Of a stretch of 64,000 nucleotides of DNA, positions 58,528 through 64,000 are shown one piece after another; the first letter of the stretch is position 1; each line of letters opens with the position of its first letter. Where the stretch lies: NCBI GenBank assembly GCA_963847705.1, contig CAWKBC010000027.1:736001-800000 (forward strand), in the 5' to 3' direction. A model generated the notes under the pieces. The model was not told the origin of the DNA. It saw only the letters and a program-made list of their open reading frames with translations, and did no database searches. The DNA comes from an uncultured Pseudomonadota bacterium (GTDB lineage Bacteria > Myxococcota_A > Polyangia > Fen-1088). Made by a program: the position numbers and the translations under genes.

Positions 58528-60800
58528 TTGACACCGCAGTCTGCCGTCGAGGCCCTCACGACGCGCCTTTTAGCCCTGGGACCCGGGGCGTGGTCCCTTC
58601 TGTTCGTCGGCGTGGCGGCGCTCGTGGCGCTCGTCTTCCTCGTCGTGCGGAGCCGCGAGCACCGGCGGGCGCGCGCGACGCTGGACGAGGCCCTGCGGAT
58701 GGAGCTGCACCTCCCCCAGTCATTGCACCCGGTCATCGATCCCGACGTCTGCATCGGCAGCGGCTCCTGCATCCAGGCCTGCCCCGAGGGGAGATCCTGG
58801 GGCTCATCAACGGCGTGGCCACGCTGGTCAACCCCTCGAGCTGCATCGGCCACGGCCGTTGCGCGGCCGAGTGCCCGGTCAGCGCCATCAAGCTGGTGTT
58901 CGGTTCGGCCGAGCGCGGCGTCGACCTCCCGGAGATCGACGGCTCGTTCGAGAGCAGCCGCCGCGGGATCTACATCGTGGGCGAGCTGGGAGGGATGGGC
59001 CTCATCAAGAACGCCCTCACGCAGGGGCTGCAGGTCGCGGCGCGGGTGCGGGCCGCGCTTGGACCGGCGGCGCGCCGTGGCGACGGCGAGCTCGTCGACC
59101 TCGCCATCGTCGGCGCCGGCCCGGCCGGAATCGCGGCGGCCGTCGGCGCGCGGGCCGCCGGTCTCTCCTACGCGCTGCTCGAGCAGGACACGGTCGGGGG
59201 GGCGATCGCGCACTACCCCCGGCAGAAGCTGGTCATGACCGAGCCGGTCACCCTGCCATTTCACGGCAAGTTCGGACGTCCGTTCATGGCCAAGGAGGAC
59301 CTGCTCGCCGCGCTGGAGCGGGTCATCGCCGACGCCGGGCTGGAGGTCCACGAACGGGCGAGGGTCGTGTCGGTCGACGGGCAGGCGGGCGACTTCCTGG
59401 TCACCTCGTCGCGCGGCGTCCTGCGGGCGCGGCGGGTCGTCCTGGCGATCGGCCGGCGCGGTACGCCCCGCACGCTGGGGGTGCCGGGGGACGACCTGGC
59501 GAAGGTGACCTACCGACTGATCGATCCGACCCAGTATCAAGGCAAACGGGTGCTGCTGGTGGGCGGCGGCGATTCGGCGCTGGAGGCGGCGGCGATGCTG
59601 GCCGACCAGACTTCGGCGGAGATCACCATCGTCCATCGTGCGCCCCAGTTCGCCCGTGGGCGCGCGCTCAACCGACAGAAGATGGAGGCGCTGCGGGCCT
59701 CGGGCCGGGTGCGCGCGTTCATGTCGTCCGAGGTCGCGGCGGTGGAGCCGGCCGCGGTTCGCCTGACGAAGGGCGGCGCGACGACGACCGTACCCAACGA
59801 CTTCGTGATCGCCTGTCTGGGCGGGGAACCTCCCGGGCAGTTCCTGAAGACCGTCGGCGTCGACATCCGGCGCCACCGGGGCGACCGGGCGATGGCCAAT
59901 CCCACCTTCGCCGCCCAGGTGGGCTCTGCGGGCGACGAGCGGCTCGCCGCGACGACGCTCGCGTTCGTGGGAATCGCGATCTTGGTCTTTCTCGGCGTGG
60001 CGGGCGGCCGCTACTACCTGCTGCCGGACGCCCTGCGCTACCGGGCACCCCAGCACGAGCTCATGAAGCCGTCAGGATCCTGGGGCCACGGGATCGGAAT
60101 TCTCGCCACCGGCGTGATGCTGCTGAACTTCGTCTATCCGATTCGCAAGCGGGCGCGCTGGTTGAAGCGAAGAGGCTCGATCGCCCCCTGGCTGCGCTTT
60201 CACGTGTTCGTGGGGATCCTGACGCCGCCGGTGATCCTGTTTCACTCGGCGTTTCGCTGGGGCAACCCGCTGGCGACCGCCACCTACGTCTCGCTGGTGG
60301 TGGTGGTCGTGACCGGCCTTTGCGGGCGGTTCATCTACGGCCTCTTCCGCGTCGACGCCGAGGACGGCAAGCGGGTGGCGGCGCTGCGGGGACGACTGCA
60401 ACCCGTGCTGGCGGCGCTCGGCTCCCTCCAGGGGGCGCAGATGGACCTCCCGCGCTCCGCCGCGCTGGCCCGGCTGACCGCGCTGGTGGAGGCGCCGGGG
60501 GCCCTGCCTGCGTCGGTGGGCGAGCTGCTCTGGCGGATGCCCGCCGAGGCCTGGGCGTTGCGGCGCACGATCCGTCAGCTCGAACCCCTGTTCGTCGACC
60601 GCCGGGCCTTCCCGGCGTTTCGGGCGCAGCTGCTCGATCTGCGGCGCCGCGACGTGAAGCTGCACTTCCACCGCGGGTTCAAGCGGCTCATGCACGGCTG
60701 GCGAATCTTCCATGTCGCGCTGTCGGTGGTCCTGGTCGGCCTCATCGGCGCGCACATCTGGATCAGCCTGCGCATCGGCTTCAAGTGGCTCTGGTCGTGA
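58528..60800 (+). CDS. membrane-anchored ferredoxin + TrxR/YpdA-like FAD/NAD(P)H oxidoreductase + His-rich multi-TM domain (-1 indel in the G-run at 58788-58791)
   Basis: N-terminal TM; CIGSGSCIQACP and CIGHGRCAAECP; GAGPAG; GGGDSA; C-terminal TMs with GH, FHVFVG..LFHS, FHVALS..AHIW. Confidence 0.85.
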
Positions 60801-60819
60801 GCGGGCCTGTGGCAAAGGC

Positions 60820-62712
60820 GTGAGGAGACCGGCGCTGGTCGGCGGACGCGCGCTCGGGGTGGCTCTCCTGCTGTTGTTGCTGGGCGGCGGACGCGACGCT
60901 GCGGCCCAATTTTTTTCCCCGGGTCCCCTGGCCAAGGCGCATGCCGCGCTCGACACCAAGGGTCTCAGTCAGTGTGGCGCCTGCCACGACAAGGGGGAGC
61001 CCCGCTTCGCCAACCGCTGCCTCGCCTGCCACAGCGAGCTCGGGCCGGAGCTCAAACAGCGCGACGGCCTGCACGGGCGCATGGTCCCGGCGGTCTTGAA
61101 CCAGTGCCAGACCTGCCATCCCGATCATCGCGGCCTCGACTTCTCGCTGATCAGCTTCGGCGGGAGCGTCAAAGGATTCGATCACAAGCGGACGGGCTGG
61201 CCCTTGCGCGGGCATCACGCCCAGACCTCCTGCGAGAGCTGCCACGCCAGTCACCAGCTGGTCGACCAGACGGTGGTCCGGATGCTGGCGGCGCAGCAGG
61301 GGCGCACCACCTTCCTCGGCCTCGCCAAGCGTTGCGACAGCTGCCACTTCGACGAGCACCGGGGGCAGCTCGGCAAGGACTGTCAAAAGTGCCACGGCGA
61401 CACGGCGCTGTTCTGGAGGACCACGCTCGGCGCGTTCGATCACCAGGAGACCGCCTTCCCCCTGCGGGGGAAGCACAGGGCGGTGCCCTGCGCCGGGTGC
61501 CACGCCACCGTCGAGGATCGGGCTTCGTTCAAGCAGTTCTTCCCGCCGCCGCGCAGCCCGACCTTCATGCAGATGAAGCCGGTCGCTCACGGCACCTGCG
61601 AAAGCTGCCACAAGGATCCCCACCAGGGGTCCTTCGGCTCGAGCTGCGCCGGCTGCCACACGGAGGAGGGTTGGAACGTGATCCTCCCGGGGCGCGAGCT
61701 GTCGGCGAGCTTCCACGACCGCACGCGCTTCCCGCTCCGGGGCGCGCACGCCAGCGTGGCCTGCAAGAGCTGCCACGGGCCGTTCGGTCACCAGGCGGCC
61801 GTCTTTCGCGGGCTGCCGTTCGCCCGGTGCAGCGACTGCCATCAGGACGCCCACCTCGGCCAGCTCGCGGCGCTGCCGGGGCGGCCGGCGGCGGACTGCG
61901 CCGCCTGCCACGACGAGAGCGCGTTCAAGCCGCCGCGCTACGAGCTCGAGGCCCACGCCAGGACGCGCTTTCCGCTCGAAGGGGGGCACGCGGTCGTCGC
62001 CTGCCGCGACTGCCACCCCGTCGACAAGAGCCTGGCGGCGCGGGTGCCGCAGGAGGTGACCGTCAAGCTGGCCAGGCAGCGCCGCCCGCTGGTGGTCAGC
62101 CTGGCGGTGCTGCGCCCCAAGATTGGCCCGCAGACTTGCTCTCGCTGCCACAAGGATCCGCACGGAGGGCAGTTCGACGCCGAGATCAAGGCGGAGGACT
62201 GCGGCGGGTGCCACACCGTCAAGTCGTTCGCCGACTTGACCTCGTTCCACCACGACACCGACAGCCGATTTCCGCTGACCGGAACGCACCAGCGCACCCC
62301 ATGTGCGGGCTGCCATCGGGCCGAACAGATCCGGGCGGGCGAGGCGCCGGTGGTCCGCTGGAAGCCGCTGCCGGTGACCTGCGGCGGCTGCCACCGCGAC
62401 GAGCACCAGGGGCAGTTTTTGGCCAGCACGCTCCCCTCCGACGGCGTCGCGCGCGGCGCCGAGGGGTGCGACTTCTGCCACCAGACCACGAGCTTCAAGA
62501 CGACCGGGTTCAGGCACGACGACGCGCGCTTCACGACCTACCCTCTGCAGGGGAAGCACGCCTCCTTGCCCTGCGGGGATTGCCACCGCGCCGTCACGCT
62601 GACCGCCGAGGGGCAGGCGCTCGAGGCCGTTCGTTACCGCCCGCTGCCGCGCGATTGCCAGGGGTGTCACGTCGACTTTCACCACGGCGACTTCAGGGGG
62701 TTCGAGCCGTGA
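60820..62712 (+). CDS. 20-heme cytochrome c
   Basis: Signal peptide; 20 CxxCH counted by eye; six (F/W/Y)PLxGxH repeats. Confidence 0.92.
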   Translation: MRRPALVGGRALGVALLLLLLGGGRDAAAQFFSPGPLAKAHAALDTKGLSQCGACHDKGEPRFANRCLACHSELGPELKQRDGLHGRMVPAVLNQCQTCHPDHRGLDFSLISFGGSVKGFDHKRTGWPLRGHHAQTSCESCHASHQLVDQTVVRMLAAQQGRTTFLGLAKRCDSCHFDEHRGQLGKDCQKCHGDTALFWRTTLGAFDHQETAFPLRGKHRAVPCAGCHATVEDRASFKQFFPPPRSPTFMQMKPVAHGTCESCHKDPHQGSFGSSCAGCHTEEGWNVILPGRELSASFHDRTRFPLRGAHASVACKSCHGPFGHQAAVFRGLPFARCSDCHQDAHLGQLAALPGRPAADCAACHDESAFKPPRYELEAHARTRFPLEGGHAVVACRDCHPVDKSLAARVPQEVTVKLARQRRPLVVSLAVLRPKIGPQTCSRCHKDPHGGQFDAEIKAEDCGGCHTVKSFADLTSFHHDTDSRFPLTGTHQRTPCAGCHRAEQIRAGEAPVVRWKPLPVTCGGCHRDEHQGQFLASTLPSDGVARGAEGCDFCHQTTSFKTTGFRHDDARFTTYPLQGKHASLPCGDCHRAVTLTAEGQALEAVRYRPLPRDCQGCHVDFHHGDFRGFEP

Positions 62713-63590
62713 GGGGCACGCGCTGCTTGGTGCTCGCCGCGCTCTTGGTCCTGCCCGGCGCCATGACGCTGGCCGAGACGTCGGGGCCGGTCGGTGGGCC
62801 GCCGGCGCCTCCGGCGCCGCCCCGCGCGGCGCCGACCGCGGCGTTCGGTCGGGGCGGGGCGGCCACCAACTGCGCGGCGTGCCACGTCGAATCCAGCTGG
62901 TCCGAGGTGCGGTTCAACCACGATCGCACCGGCTACCCCCTGGTCGGCGCCCACGCCAAGGTGACCTGCCAGGCCTGCCACCCGACGGGATTTCGGGCGC
63001 GGGTCCCGGAGCTCTGCAGCGGCTGCCACCGCGATCGCCACGCGGGAGAGTTCGGGCTTCACTGCGAGGGCTGTCATGAGGCGACGCGCTGGGCTGAAGC
63101 GCTGTTCGGTCCCGACGCGCATCGCAGCACCGCGTTTCCGCTGACCGGCAGGCACGCGCTGATTCCTTGCCGCGAGTGTCACGGCGACATGCGCGATCGG
63201 ACCTTCTCCCAGGCGCCGCTGGCCTGCGTCGCTTGCCACCAGAAGGACTACGACAACGCGGCGCTCACCTCGCTCGACCACGTCGCCTCGCACTTCGACA
63301 CCAACTGCCAGGCCTGTCACAACACCTGGTCCTACTTTCCGGCGCGGTTCGACGCCCACGATCGCTGCTTCGTGCTGTCGTCGGGACCGCACGCCCCAAT
63401 TCGCTGCGCGCAGTGCCACACCCGCGCGGCCGGCCTGGTCGTCACCGGCGCCTGCAGCACGCAGAATTCGACCTGCACCAGCTGCCACGCGCACAGCTGC
63501 GCGCGGAGCGATCAAGAACATCAATCGGTCATGGGTTACAGCTGCAGCGACTCCAAGTGCTACCAATGCCACCTGCGCTCAGTCCCCTAG
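62709..63590 (+). CDS. 10-heme cytochrome c
   Basis: GTGA overlap; signal peptide; 10 CxxCH counted by eye. Confidence 0.9.
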   Translation: MRGTRCLVLAALLVLPGAMTLAETSGPVGGPPAPPAPPRAAPTAAFGRGGAATNCAACHVESSWSEVRFNHDRTGYPLVGAHAKVTCQACHPTGFRARVPELCSGCHRDRHAGEFGLHCEGCHEATRWAEALFGPDAHRSTAFPLTGRHALIPCRECHGDMRDRTFSQAPLACVACHQKDYDNAALTSLDHVASHFDTNCQACHNTWSYFPARFDAHDRCFVLSSGPHAPIRCAQCHTRAAGLVVTGACSTQNSTCTSCHAHSCARSDQEHQSVMGYSCSDSKCYQCHLRSVP

Positions 63591-64000
63591 CGTCGCTGCT
63601 GCTGGCGGCGGTCTCGATGTCGGCGCCGGTGCGGTCGTCGGCGGCGGCGACCGGCCAGGTCCGGTTCGTGACGGCCAGGCGCCTCTACCTCGACAAGGGA
63701 GCGGCGGATGGCTTGCGGGCGGGGGACAAGGTGACGTTCTCGCGCGAGGGGCGCGGGGCGGGCGGCTGCACGATCGATCTCGTCGGGACGCACGACGCCG
63801 TCTGCCGTGGGCGAGGGGCCTCGGCCGGCGACGTCTTCGCGCTGCCGCGCCGCCCGGCGCCTGCGTCGCCGCCGGTCCCAGCGCCGCTGCCCGCGCCCGA
63901 GTCGGACGAAACGGTGGAGAGGCGCGCCGCCGAGCTGGCCGCGTCGCCGCACGACAAGGTCGACTTCGTGCCCCAGGTCCGCACCGCCCGAGTCGCCACG
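63566..64000 (+). CDS. secreted protein, 3'-partial; not listed in the ORF track because it has no stop in the window
   Basis: ATG 63566 MPPALSPLASLLLAAVS... signal; GQVRFVTARRLYLDKGAADGLRAGDKV small beta-domain motif; open to window end. Confidence 0.7.
   Translation, partial: MPPALSPLASLLLAAVSMSAPVRSSAAATGQVRFVTARRLYLDKGAADGLRAGDKVTFSREGRGAGGCTIDLVGTHDAVCRGRGASAGDVFALPRRPAPASPPVPAPLPAPESDETVERRAAELAASPHDKVDFVPQVRTARVAT

Noticed and set aside
60972-63590. 872-aa ORF as one cytochrome
   Set aside because: Only the part from GTG 62709 has a signal peptide and CxxCH motifs.

Overview
Very GC-rich, gene-dense bacterial chromosome segment. Gene content (giant TPR-like proteins, Hanks-type kinase, PilZ, MXAN_5187-like and CFI-box-CTERM proteins) points to Myxococcota; this is an inference. 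Left part: family-4 uracil-DNA glycosylase, an RND efflux pair, and a translationally coupled catabolic operon (P5C-dehydrogenase-like ALDH, two class-III aminotransferases, CoA-transferase A/B). Middle: HU, adenosine deaminase, an MMPL-like protein, a truncated flavin monooxygenase, a membrane sulfatase-like protein, mutS, a YcbK-type peptidase, namZ, nadD, DUF2520, an apparent cysteine desulfurase-MnmA fusion, rnc, cca, a degenerate ETF pair, two giant TPR-like proteins, a Ser/Thr kinase and an M19 dipeptidase. Right end, the best candidate for an undescribed system: an operon encoding a 6-heme lipoprotein, a membrane-anchored ferredoxin/circularly permuted TrxR-like flavoprotein/His-rich transmembrane fusion, a 20-heme and a 10-heme cytochrome c, and a secreted protein running off the edge, read as a possible NAD(P)H-to-envelope electron conduit. 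Other notable structure: a 32/33-bp tandem array between scoA and scoB that forms a chain of GTGA-coupled mini-ORFs; a ~720-bp composite intergenic element (40-bp array, long hairpin, G/T-rich array); and four genes with small indels at or near GATC, probably sequencing errors. I saw no rRNA, tRNA, CRISPR array or transposase. All family assignments come from reading motifs by eye; no database search was run.
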